A stretch of DNA of 64,000 nt, from the IMG/VR virus record IMGVR_UViG_3300024987_000055; one strand, given 5' to 3'. A program made the position numbers and the translations under genes. Shown piece by piece: positions 18,226 through 27,550 of the stretch; position 1 is the stretch's first letter, and each line of letters starts with the position of its first letter. This DNA comes from a virus. The notes beneath the pieces were generated by a model that was given only the letters and a program-made list of their open reading frames with translations, was not told the DNA's origin and searched no databases.

Positions 18226-20598
18226 ATGAATGAATTAGAAATAAGAAATAAACTTGCTGATGTTCTGGTAAATAATCCTGAAAATTATTCAGAGATACTC
18301 GAATTATCATCGCAACTAGCATCTTTTGATAGAGATAATGTTAGATTTTCTGTAGATGCTGGAGTAATAGATCGATTAGGGAAAGAACTAGTTGCTCGAC
18401 ATGAAACAGCCGTATCAGAACTAGTGAAAAATGCATATGATGCAGATGCGTCTTTTGTAGAAATAATTTTTAAAGATTCAAATAATATTGGGGGAACATT
18501 ATCACTTGAAGATGATGGGCACGGTATGACAAAAGAACAACTAGTCAATGGTTTTATGAAAATCTCATCTTCTGACAAATTTCACAATCCCATCTCTCCT
18601 TTATATAAAAGAATTCGTGCTGGAAAAAAAGGTATAGGTAGATTCGCAACTCAAAGATTAGGTGAAAAATTAATTATTATAACTCAAACTGAAGAAAGTG
18701 AATATGCAATTAAAGTTGAAATTGATTGGGGCAAATTCAATATGGATAAAAATTTAATAAGTATTTCTAATTCAATAATAGAGGTTCCAAAAGAGAGAGT
18801 CAAGGGTACTACTTTAAAAATTGAGGGCCTACGTGAAAATTGGAGTGTTCCTGCAATTAAGCGTGTATTTAAATATAGCATGGATGTAATTCAGCCATTC
18901 CCCATTTCTAGACAATCTGTTGGCCCAATTGAGGAAAAAATAGGTGAAGACATAACTGATCCTGGATTTGAAATTCGATGTTGGCAATCAATAAATGGAG
19001 GACTTGAAGAAATTGCAGATAATGATACAATGATTTTTGAACATGCCCTTGCTGAGATTACTGGTGAAATTGACAATGAAGGCTTCGGAGATTGGGAAGT
19101 GATAAGTACAAAACTGGGTTTAATAGATTCAGGAATAATTGGTCGTACACAAAAAGATGAAAAGGAACCATTTAAATTTATCAGGAATTTAAAATTTAAA
19201 GCATATTATTTCATTTATAATATTGGAATGATTCCCAAAATGGTTACCGGGTATATACAACAAAAAGCTAATGATAGTGGAGGATTTCGCCTTTACAGAA
19301 ATGGGTTTAGAGTTCTTCCATATGGAGAACCACAAAATGATTGGCTTGGATTAGATGAATCACAAAGAAGGAGAGTAATACTTCCCCCACATGGAAATAA
19401 TAGCTTTTTTGGATTTGTTGAAATTACAGATCATTCTGGAACAGTTTTCAATGAGTTATCTAGTCGAGAGGGATTATTTAAAGACGATTCTTACGATGAA
19501 TTAGTAGATTTTATATATCGCTCAATCTTAGCGTCTGTTTTGCGAATTGCAGAGTTTAGAAAAAAGAAGCAGAAAACTGGACAGAAGAATTACCAAAAAG
19601 ATGATCTATCACCTTCAGAGGAAGTTAATAAACTTGCTGATGATCTAGATGAACTTGCAAATTCTATTTCTAACAATCCAACAGAATCAAAAACAGAAAA
19701 TAAAGACAATGAATCAACGGAAAATAATGAGCATAAAAAAGAAGATGAAGAGAATTATAATAACAATACTGAGAACGAAGAACAATCTCGTAAATTTAGA
19801 GAATTTGCAGAAAAATTAAGGAGTGCTGCTGAAAGCCTTGAAGAACTTGGTTTACTAAGAGTACTTGCAGGGCTGGGCCTAACAATTGGAGAATTTACAC
19901 ATGAAATAAAACAATATTTACCTGCTTTTGACGTGGACTCAGAATTCATTATTCAAAATTCACCAAATGATTCTGAAATAAAAAATAGAGGTATCAGATT
20001 AAAACAATCCTTCAATTCATTTAACACATATGCTTCTTATTTTGATGAAACAATATCACAAAATGTTCAGCGTGAATTAATAATTGTAGAATTAAGAGAT
20101 GTAGTTAATCAATTTCTAAGTGTTATCATCCCGGATTTAGAAAGAGGGTCAATTAATATAACTAAATCTTTTAATGATCCAAGTTTATTTACTTGCAAAA
20201 TGCATCCATCTGAATGGGCATCCATATTATTTAATCTATATAGTAATAGTAAAAAAGCAATCAAGAGAGCAAGATCTGAAGGGAAAATTAGTATAAATGC
20301 AGGTAAATTAGACAATATTGTATATTTAGAGTTCAGCGATAATGGTGATGGTGTACCAGATGAGAATGAAGAAAAAATATTTAATGCATTTTTCACTACA
20401 TCAAGCCAAGTTGGACATAAGGGTACACAAAGAGAAGAATTAGCAGGCACAGGACTTGGATTAAAAATTATTAGTGATATTATTGGAGCTTATGGGGGGG
20501 AAATTTTTTTAACCCCTTCTAAAGATGGATTTAAAACTACATTTCGAATAGAAATTCCGGCCGCTACGGAAGATGAAATTGCAAAGTATGACATATAA
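18226..20598 (+). CDS. GHKL (MutL/MORC-like) ATPase fused to HisKA-HATPase histidine kinase
   Basis: N-terminal ELVKNAYDADA, DDGHGM, GKKGIGRF; C-terminal FTHEIKQ, NLYSNS, DNGDGV, GTGLGL. Confidence 0.9.
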   Translation: MNELEIRNKLADVLVNNPENYSEILELSSQLASFDRDNVRFSVDAGVIDRLGKELVARHETAVSELVKNAYDADASFVEIIFKDSNNIGGTLSLEDDGHGMTKEQLVNGFMKISSSDKFHNPISPLYKRIRAGKKGIGRFATQRLGEKLIIITQTEESEYAIKVEIDWGKFNMDKNLISISNSIIEVPKERVKGTTLKIEGLRENWSVPAIKRVFKYSMDVIQPFPISRQSVGPIEEKIGEDITDPGFEIRCWQSINGGLEEIADNDTMIFEHALAEITGEIDNEGFGDWEVISTKLGLIDSGIIGRTQKDEKEPFKFIRNLKFKAYYFIYNIGMIPKMVTGYIQQKANDSGGFRLYRNGFRVLPYGEPQNDWLGLDESQRRRVILPPHGNNSFFGFVEITDHSGTVFNELSSREGLFKDDSYDELVDFIYRSILASVLRIAEFRKKKQKTGQKNYQKDDLSPSEEVNKLADDLDELANSISNNPTESKTENKDNESTENNEHKKEDEENYNNNTENEEQSRKFREFAEKLRSAAESLEELGLLRVLAGLGLTIGEFTHEIKQYLPAFDVDSEFIIQNSPNDSEIKNRGIRLKQSFNSFNTYASYFDETISQNVQRELIIVELRDVVNQFLSVIIPDLERGSINITKSFNDPSLFTCKMHPSEWASILFNLYSNSKKAIKRARSEGKISINAGKLDNIVYLEFSDNGDGVPDENEEKIFNAFFTTSSQVGHKGTQREELAGTGLGLKIISDIIGAYGGEIFLTPSKDGFKTTFRIEIPAATEDEIAKYDI

Positions 20599-21682
20599 CA
20601 TTATTTACATAGATGACGACCAGAATTCGAAAATTCTAGTTGATGGTTTCAACACAACCGGACTTTTAAATGTTACTAGGATAAAACCAACTTCTTTTGA
20701 AGATCAAATTAATGAACTGTTGGATTATGGTAATACAATTCAAGGTATTATCCTTGATTTGAAATTTGATGAAGATTTCTCTGAAGATAGGAAGGCATAT
20801 TATTCAGCTACGACCCTTGCACAGCAAATAAGAACCAAGGTGAACGAAGGGGATTGGAAAAATGAAATCCCATTAATTTTGTTTACTACTCAATTAAAAT
20901 TAGATGCAGCTTTTAGTGGAGACACTACAAGTAAGAAACTTTTTGATATAATTTTCACAAAGGATAAAATTACTGATATTTCCTTACAGGAGAAAATATA
21001 TTCAATTGTGGATGGTTACAATTTAATAAAACAAAATAAACCAAATTTTGCAAAAATATTGGATATTGATACAATTGATATTCTTGATCAAAGAATTTTC
21101 CCACTAAATCTCTTAAAAGCAGATCAGGGTTCTAATATTCACAATTATTCAAAACACATATTAAATGAGCTTATAGAAAGACCTGGACCATTAATTGATG
21201 AATTATATTTAGCAGCTCGGCTAGGTGTTGATATTGGATTATCAAATCAATGGAAAGATTTTATTAATAATGAATTGACAGGTGTTAAATATACAGGAAT
21301 TTTTAACTCAGCATGGGATCGCTGGTGGATGTTTAAACTAAATAATTGGTGGGAAAATAACATTGATAAAAATCCTATCGCTACTCTTGATGCTCGAGAC
21401 AGAATTGAAAAATTGAATTCAAAATTCAATTATAATTTAGTCGTAGCAAAACCCATATCTAAAGCTACTAGTTATAGATATTGGACTATTTGTCAAGGAT
21501 ACGATAAACCACTTGATCCACGAGAAGGATTAAGAATAAATGAATCTGAACCTTTACCATGGCAAGAAACAAAATATATCTCTATTGATGCAGCGATAGA
21601 AAGAGTCAAAAGAAAGGAAGGTTTAAAAATAAATCCTATTGAAAAGACAAGATTCGAAAATATTTTAAAGTCTTTTCAATAA
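20588..21682 (+). CDS. Response regulator receiver domain plus unknown C-terminal domain
   Basis: IIYIDDD, GIILDLKF (phosphoacceptor Asp), PLILFT; overlaps kinase stop; start moved from 20573. Confidence 0.82.
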   Translation: MTYNIIYIDDDQNSKILVDGFNTTGLLNVTRIKPTSFEDQINELLDYGNTIQGIILDLKFDEDFSEDRKAYYSATTLAQQIRTKVNEGDWKNEIPLILFTTQLKLDAAFSGDTTSKKLFDIIFTKDKITDISLQEKIYSIVDGYNLIKQNKPNFAKILDIDTIDILDQRIFPLNLLKADQGSNIHNYSKHILNELIERPGPLIDELYLAARLGVDIGLSNQWKDFINNELTGVKYTGIFNSAWDRWWMFKLNNWWENNIDKNPIATLDARDRIEKLNSKFNYNLVVAKPISKATSYRYWTICQGYDKPLDPREGLRINESEPLPWQETKYISIDAAIERVKRKEGLKINPIEKTRFENILKSFQ

Positions 21683-22485
21683 TGGCAATTAATAGTAAAA
21701 CAAAAGCATTTAGAATAGAAAGAGCTAGCGAATTGGAACAATTTGCAAGAGTTCTTCAAAAGTCTGGAATATGTGATCCAAGTTACATTTTTGATGCCGC
21801 GAAACAGTTAAGAGATTTTGAATTTGTACCAAAAATTGAGAAAGATGATCCAGTAGATTATAATTTTTGGGGATATGATTCTGGTGAAATTATTTTCTAT
21901 TTTGAAAATTCCCCTAGGCATACATATCCAGTAAATGCATCAAATCTGTCATTAACTTTAACTGTAAAAGTTATTGCTGACTACAATGATTTTCAAGCAA
22001 TTTGTGATCCCTATAAACATTTAGAATTCAATATTATCATAAATGGTGGTCTTTTTGATAAATCTTCACAAGAAACCAGAGAGTTAGTGACATCATACCA
22101 TCTTGATAGACATATCTTTAAAGAAGGCGATAACGAACCTGAAGATTGCCATCCAATTTATCACCTTCAATTTGGTGGTAGAAAATTAGAAAAAAGTAAT
22201 AGGGATTTTGGAAATGCATTGATTCTGGATGCACCGCGTGTTGCACACTATCCAATGGATATAATATTAGGGGTTGATTTTATTTTGTCAAACTTTTTTT
22301 CAAAAACTTGGAGATCCCTCAGACGCGATGGAGAATACATAAATTTAGTTAAAGATTACCAACAATATTTTTGGAAACCTTATGCTCATAGTAGTGCCTC
22401 ACACTGGAAACCATATACTCATCATGATGTTAACTGGGATCCTGTAAATATCTGGCCACAATTATTGTTATTAAGTAATGGATAA
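21682..22485 (+). CDS. Hypothetical protein with His-rich motifs (candidate effector)
   Basis: YHLDRH..HPIYHLQFGG..PRVAHYPMDIILGVDF; TAATG coupling to the upstream gene. Confidence 0.75.
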   Translation: MAINSKTKAFRIERASELEQFARVLQKSGICDPSYIFDAAKQLRDFEFVPKIEKDDPVDYNFWGYDSGEIIFYFENSPRHTYPVNASNLSLTLTVKVIADYNDFQAICDPYKHLEFNIIINGGLFDKSSQETRELVTSYHLDRHIFKEGDNEPEDCHPIYHLQFGGRKLEKSNRDFGNALILDAPRVAHYPMDIILGVDFILSNFFSKTWRSLRRDGEYINLVKDYQQYFWKPYAHSSASHWKPYTHHDVNWDPVNIWPQLLLLSNG

Positions 22486-24325
22486 ACAAATATTTAAAAT
22501 ACTAAAAAAATACTCAAACGATACTTTTAAAGTAAACAGCTTAATTATTAGCGCATTTATACAAATAAATGAAATTGCAATTATTAAAAATCTTGAAATT
22601 AAGAACCATATAATAAAAAAAGATAGTTCAGATTGGGAAATATTATTAGAAATTACAAGCTGTTTCCCTAAAAAAAAATTTGGGTTTGAAGAACTCATTG
22701 AACTATTTGAGTTCGTAATATCACCATCTGATAAACTAATAAATGGTGCAGTTTATACCCCTAAATATATAAGAGAATATATCACTGATCAAGTATTCCA
22801 AAGAATATTAAAACCTGTAAATGAAGTAAAAGCAGTTGATATTTCTTGTGGTTGTGGAGGGTTCTTATTATCTGTTGCAAGTAAAATACAATCCCTCACT
22901 AAAAAAACATATGATACAATTTTCAAAGAAAATATCTATGGAATTGATATTGAGGAATACAGTGTAGTAAGAGCGAAACTTCTACTTTCACTTTTCGCAA
23001 TTATTAATGGCGAAGACAAAATGGTATTTTCGTTTAATCTTTTTTCAGCGAATTCATTATTATTTGACTGGAAAGCTACCGTTACTGAAATTAGAATTAA
23101 TAATGGTTTTGATATAGTTGTCGGGAATCCTCCATATGTAGCGTCTAGAAATATGGAAAAAGAAACAATTAAACTGCTATCTAAATTTAAAGTTGCAAGT
23201 ACTGGTCATCCAGATCTATATATTCCATTTTTTCAAATTGGATATGAATTACTAAATAAAGAAGGCATATTAGGCTATATAACCGTTAATACTTTTACGA
23301 AAAGCATTAATGGACGTGCATTAAGGCAATATTTTCAAGATCAAAATGCGGGTTTAGAAATTATTACTTTTGGTGGTGAGCAAATATTCAAAGATCGAAA
23401 TACTTATACATGTATTTGTTTTCTTAATCAAAACCTGGGCTATATACGCTTTATAAAATGTTCAAGTAACGAATTAGAGAAACTTAAACAAGATGATTTT
23501 AATGAATTTAAGTATGAAGATTTAAATAATTTTGATGGCTGGAATCTTACAAATTCTAAGTCATTAAATAATTTTATTACTACAATAGAATCAGTCGGAA
23601 AGCCATTTAAAAGCAAATATGTTACTAAAAATGGTATTGCAACTCTAAAAAATTATATATACAAATTTGTACCCTTAAAAGAAGATCAAGATTATTATTA
23701 TTTACCATATGAGGACGAATTATATCCAATAGAAAAGGGTATTTGTAGGGATATAATAAATGCTAATAAACTGAAAAAAAATAGTGATTTAATAAACAAA
23801 TTAGAAAAGATAATTTTTCCATATTATTCACAAAATGATAAAATTTTAATTATTCCGGAAAGGATGTTAAAAAAGGAATACCCTAAAGCTTATAAATATT
23901 TGTTTTCTCAAAAAGATATTTTAGCAACCAGAGATAAAGGAGAAGGAAAATATGAGGAATGGTATGCATTTGGACGTAGACAATCTCTAGATATTAAACA
24001 ATACAAATTATTCTTTCCACATATTTGTAATAGACCATCTTTTGTAATTTCTGAAGACCCAAATCTACTATTCTACAATGGAATAGCAGTAGTCAACGAC
24101 GATTTGGAGGAACTTAAAATATTAAAAAAAATAATGGAGACTGATATGTTTTTCAAATACATACAGGCTACTACTAAAGATTATGCATCTGGATATTTGT
24201 CTATGAGTAGAAATTATTTAAAGAACTTTGGTATTTATGACTTCAATAAAATTGAAAGAAGTGAAATTTTAAAATCTAAAAATCCTGAATTGTTAATACA
24301 AGAAAAATATAACCTTGATTTTTAG
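22478..24325 (+). CDS. N6-adenine DNA methyltransferase (Eco57I/TaqI-like) with C-terminal target recognition domain
   Basis: GAVYTP, DISCGCGGFL (motif I), VVGNPPY (motif IV), DLYIPF, KLFFP. Confidence 0.9.
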   Translation: MDKQIFKILKKYSNDTFKVNSLIISAFIQINEIAIIKNLEIKNHIIKKDSSDWEILLEITSCFPKKKFGFEELIELFEFVISPSDKLINGAVYTPKYIREYITDQVFQRILKPVNEVKAVDISCGCGGFLLSVASKIQSLTKKTYDTIFKENIYGIDIEEYSVVRAKLLLSLFAIINGEDKMVFSFNLFSANSLLFDWKATVTEIRINNGFDIVVGNPPYVASRNMEKETIKLLSKFKVASTGHPDLYIPFFQIGYELLNKEGILGYITVNTFTKSINGRALRQYFQDQNAGLEIITFGGEQIFKDRNTYTCICFLNQNLGYIRFIKCSSNELEKLKQDDFNEFKYEDLNNFDGWNLTNSKSLNNFITTIESVGKPFKSKYVTKNGIATLKNYIYKFVPLKEDQDYYYLPYEDELYPIEKGICRDIINANKLKKNSDLINKLEKIIFPYYSQNDKILIIPERMLKKEYPKAYKYLFSQKDILATRDKGEGKYEEWYAFGRRQSLDIKQYKLFFPHICNRPSFVISEDPNLLFYNGIAVVNDDLEELKILKKIMETDMFFKYIQATTKDYASGYLSMSRNYLKNFGIYDFNKIERSEILKSKNPELLIQEKYNLDF

Positions 24326-24408
24326 TTATTAACATTAGCCCCAGTCACTAAAAAATTCTTGACTCCAATTCCTAATATTTTTATAAATTACAAAACTGCT
24401 ATAGATTA

Positions 24409-24880
24409 CTATAGCAGTCTTTGCAACTCTGCATTAACAATTTCCTTTACTTCATTTCTAATCGCAATTTAATTGCTTTGAACCAAAACTTGTTAGATCT
24501 TTCGAATTACCAGGATCGGTTTATAAACATCATCCTCAACCTTCAAACACATATGATTATTATGAATTACACAATAAAAAGTTTTCAATTCAATCTTTTC
24601 TCAGGGGAATCTGTAACCAATCTGATAAACTCTTCACTATTTAATGCCGAAATTTTAGAGGCATGAACCGCTGCTCCAATAGTTTGCTTATACTAATGGA
24701 TGTATGAGTGCGGTTAAGTGATAAACTTTGTCGATGCTGATTTAAACGCCATTTTCGATCAGATAATAACTTTGCAGTTTCACCGGTAACCTGTCCGGAA
24801 ATGACGTTTACAACTATGCTCATTATAACATCTGCTTGCTCCTTTCCCTAACCTTTCCTAAGCTGAGATAGGTCTTGTTG
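24409..24880 (-). pseudogene. mobC: Degenerate MobC/VirD4-like coupling protein C-terminal remnant
   Basis: QDLSQLRKG*GKEQADVIMSIVVNVISGQVTGETAK..AAVHASKISALNSEEF..KIELKTF..NAELQRLL*, with frameshifts and stops. Confidence 0.8.
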
Positions 24881-25130
24881 TTAAAAACAAAAGTCTGGAT
24901 AATAGTTTTTAAATAATTATAGGCTGTTTTGTTGGAAAATAAAATTTTAATCTTCAATTATCATATCTTTGCTACAATCATTTCGGATGATTGCTCTTTG
25001 ATACAAGACAAATTTAAAAATTAGACAGTATACGAATTTCCGGAATTCAGAAAAGAAAACTGAAATCCACATTCGTGGCAGTGTGTCAGAAGCACTTAAA
25101 ATATATTATTGAAATGCAGGAAAAGCAGCT

Positions 25131-25153
25131 GGTTCGAATCCCTCCTCTTCCGC
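25131..25153 (+). other. att core 1: tRNA-Ser-like 3' fragment
   Basis: GGTTCGAATCCCTCCTCTTCCGC = T-loop, acceptor strand, discriminator G; no 5' half upstream. Confidence 0.7.
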
Positions 25154-25163
25154 TAAATGATAT

Positions 25164-25196
25164 AAATGCCACGAATAATCCTTATTCGTGGCATTT
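25164..25196. terminator. Perfect hairpin between the att cores
   Basis: AAATGCCACGAATAA-tcc-TTATTCGTGGCATTT. Confidence 0.7.
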
Positions 25197-25246
25197 TTGT
25201 TTTAAGCACTATAGAATACGCGCGGGAAGAGGTTTTAACCCATAAA

Positions 25247-25268
25247 GTTCGAATCCCTCTCTCTCCGC
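25247..25268 (+). other. att core 2 (prophage left junction): tRNA-Ser-like 3' fragment
   Basis: GTTCGAATCCCTCTCTCTCCGC, 84 nt upstream of the phage integrase. Confidence 0.8.
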
Positions 25269-25351
25269 TGAAAGTTCTAATAAGCAGTACTGTAGCAGGT
25301 TTTCGGAATGCCAGTGTTTAATGTCAAACAAAAGTTCAAACATTATTCACT

Positions 25352-26611
25352 ATGTCTACAAAAAAGAGCTTAGAAGTCAAATTGTTTCATTACGATGCTG
25401 ACATTACCAAGGAATGGTATGTCGGCTTTCGCATGGAATGTCCTACCTCCGGAAAAAGAAAGCCTTTTCAAATCAGGCTAGGAATAAACTACGAGCATAC
25501 AGTTAAAAGCCGGATGCGTGTAGGCAACGATCTTGTCGAACTGGTTAAGCAATCGCTGGATGCAGGATGGGACCCCTTTGACCAACCATTGGATATTTAT
25601 CTGGAAAACTTTCAAACAGTAGAAGTGAAAGCAAAACTGGAAGCCGATAGGGTAGAGGCGGAACGCATTGAACGCCTGGGGCTTGTCAATTGCTTACAGC
25701 GTGCTTTTAAAAATCGTGAAAAGTCCTTTGCTAAAAAATCCCGCACAGATATTGAAGGTGTTCTGAATTTCGCGGTTGCTGCAGCAACGACATTGGGTTT
25801 GGATAAGATGATCATTTCAGAAGCAAGGAAAAGCACAGTTAAGGCTATTTTAGACCAGATAGCAATTGATCGGCAGGCAGAATATGATCTCCACGCTCGC
25901 CTTGGTAAGAGGAAGAATATTTTTACCGGTAACTCATATAATAAATATAAGGGCTATTTAAGCATTCTTTTCGCCGATATTGAGGGCGATGATCTAATTG
26001 AATTTAATCCATGCGCTAAAATCAAAAATCGCCGGGAAATTAAAACAAACATACACCGGCACGCGACTGAGGAAGAGAGAACGATTATTGTGAGTACTTT
26101 AAAAACTAATCATTACCGGTTTTATAAATTCCTGTCAACAATTCATGCTGCCGGGGTCAGAATAGAAGAATTGATGAGCTTTAAAATATTCGATATTGAT
26201 CATGTCAACAAAGGCCTAAAGCTTGATCACACTATTGCAAAGACTGATGAATCCAGGATTGTACCTTTGCCGCTGTTTGCTTATGATTATATCTGTGAAA
26301 TGACTGACGGTTATCCGGATCATTATTACATATTCAATACGGATTTTAAACCAGGCACATTTGAGCGGAAGCGCCCGGGAGATTATGCTACTAAGAAATG
26401 GCGTGAAATTATAAAGGAGGGCCTGGGACTTTCAGTATCTCTTTATTCCTTTAAAGGTCTGGGTGGTGAAGACAAGCGTAAGGCCGGGGTATCTAAAGGT
26501 GCAGTTTCTGCCGGATTCGGTCACAGCTCCTTAAATATGACAGATGTTTACCTGCACGGGGAACAGGATAGGATTAATGCAGAAATAAGGGAAAGAAGCC
26601 CAGAATTATAA
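25352..26611 (+). CDS. int: Phage tyrosine integrase
   Basis: GVRIEEL, KTDESRIVPL, YSFK, GHSSLNMTDVY; adjacent to att. Confidence 0.92.
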   Translation: MSTKKSLEVKLFHYDADITKEWYVGFRMECPTSGKRKPFQIRLGINYEHTVKSRMRVGNDLVELVKQSLDAGWDPFDQPLDIYLENFQTVEVKAKLEADRVEAERIERLGLVNCLQRAFKNREKSFAKKSRTDIEGVLNFAVAAATTLGLDKMIISEARKSTVKAILDQIAIDRQAEYDLHARLGKRKNIFTGNSYNKYKGYLSILFADIEGDDLIEFNPCAKIKNRREIKTNIHRHATEEERTIIVSTLKTNHYRFYKFLSTIHAAGVRIEELMSFKIFDIDHVNKGLKLDHTIAKTDESRIVPLPLFAYDYICEMTDGYPDHYYIFNTDFKPGTFERKRPGDYATKKWREIIKEGLGLSVSLYSFKGLGGEDKRKAGVSKGAVSAGFGHSSLNMTDVYLHGEQDRINAEIRERSPEL

Positions 26612-26642
26612 AAAAAACAGGAGCACTCAGCTCCTGTTTTTT
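26612..26642. terminator. Bidirectional terminator
   Basis: AAAAAACAGGAGC-actca-GCTCCTGTTTTTT. Confidence 0.85.
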
Positions 26643-26962
26643 AGTTTGTTTGTATTCATGTAATAATCCTCTACTTTATTAGCAAATTGATCTCTGATAT
26701 CTTTTAGCTCCTGCAGCCTGGCATCCAACCGCGGGATCATATCGCGTGGATCTTTTATTTTAGCTGCTTTAGTTTCAAACCTGGTGTACCCTGGGTGCAT
26801 GTATATATCCTGGCTATTTGCTGCCTGTACGAACTCATCCGGGGTAAACCATTCTTTTTTGTAATTAACCCAGCAGCTGTTATTTTTCGCATTTTTTGCT
26901 ATTGCCCTGCATTCTTCCTTAGACAAATACAGTTCTTCATAATAGCTCCGTCCCCTGCGCAT
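26627..26962 (-). CDS. Hypothetical protein (moron-like)
   Basis: 111-aa ORF converging on int. Confidence 0.7.
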   Translation of the reverse strand: MRRGRSYYEELYLSKEECRAIAKNAKNNSCWVNYKKEWFTPDEFVQAANSQDIYMHPGYTRFETKAAKIKDPRDMIPRLDARLQELKDIRDQFANKVEDYYMNTNKLKNRS

Positions 26963-27147
26963 ACAATATTTTTATATAAAGTTACGGAGCCGGCAAATAT
27001 GGGGGTTGTAAAAGTTATTCAGCAGAACATATTAAAAAAGCCCCGCATTGCTGCAGGGCGGGTAAATTACGGGAATTCCAGTATAGGATTTTTATTGACA
27101 AATATTGAATTTTGCCATATTCATTAATTCAATAAAAATTTTCTAAC

Positions 27148-27483
27148 ATGAAGATGAAAATCAAAATTATTACAAAACAACCTAGAGCTTTACTGGATGC
27201 TTTAAAAAAGATGATGGATGATCAGGAATTGAAAACATGGAAAGTAGATTCCTCAAAAACTAATCCTATACTGTTCAACCATACGCCTGAACAGTGGTTA
27301 GATCAGGTGCTCCTGAAGCCAACGATAAATATTGACAATGAATATTTATTAATTGAAATAAACCACTGGGCTCACATTGGAGAGCCTGACGATAAAAAAG
27401 CGGGATATGTTTTGGGTAGATTTATTGAAATATTAATTGTTCATTTTCAAAAATACTATGAAAAGATAGAGATAATTAAATAG
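27148..27483 (+). CDS. Hypothetical AT-rich moron
   Basis: 111-aa lone + strand ORF with its own terminator. Confidence 0.75.
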   Translation: MKMKIKIITKQPRALLDALKKMMDDQELKTWKVDSSKTNPILFNHTPEQWLDQVLLKPTINIDNEYLLIEINHWAHIGEPDDKKAGYVLGRFIEILIVHFQKYYEKIEIIK

Positions 27484-27500
27484 TTCAATAAGTAGTCCTA

Positions 27501-27533
27501 ACAATTGGTTCTCTAAGTGAGAGAACCAATTGT
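27501..27533. terminator. Bidirectional terminator
   Basis: ACAATTGGTTCTCT-aagtg-AGAGAACCAATTGT. Confidence 0.85.
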
Positions 27534-27550
27534 ATATACACTAAAATGCT

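Larger units (their letters stand above)
1..25153. mobile_element. CTnDOT-type integrative conjugative element, distal part (left end outside window)
   Basis: Contiguous traG-traQ block, ssb/DUF932/PRTRC genes, mob/int remnants; ends at a tRNA-like att core at 25131-25153. May be a composite of more than one element. Confidence 0.8.

Noticed and set aside
22478-24325. Type IIG fused restriction-modification enzyme
   Set aside because: The N-terminal region before the MTase motifs is short (~85 aa) and shows no nuclease motif; called MTase only.
25190-25275. Complete tRNA-Ser gene
   Set aside because: Only the T-arm and acceptor 3' strand are present; upstream sequence cannot form D-arm, anticodon arm or the 5' acceptor strand.
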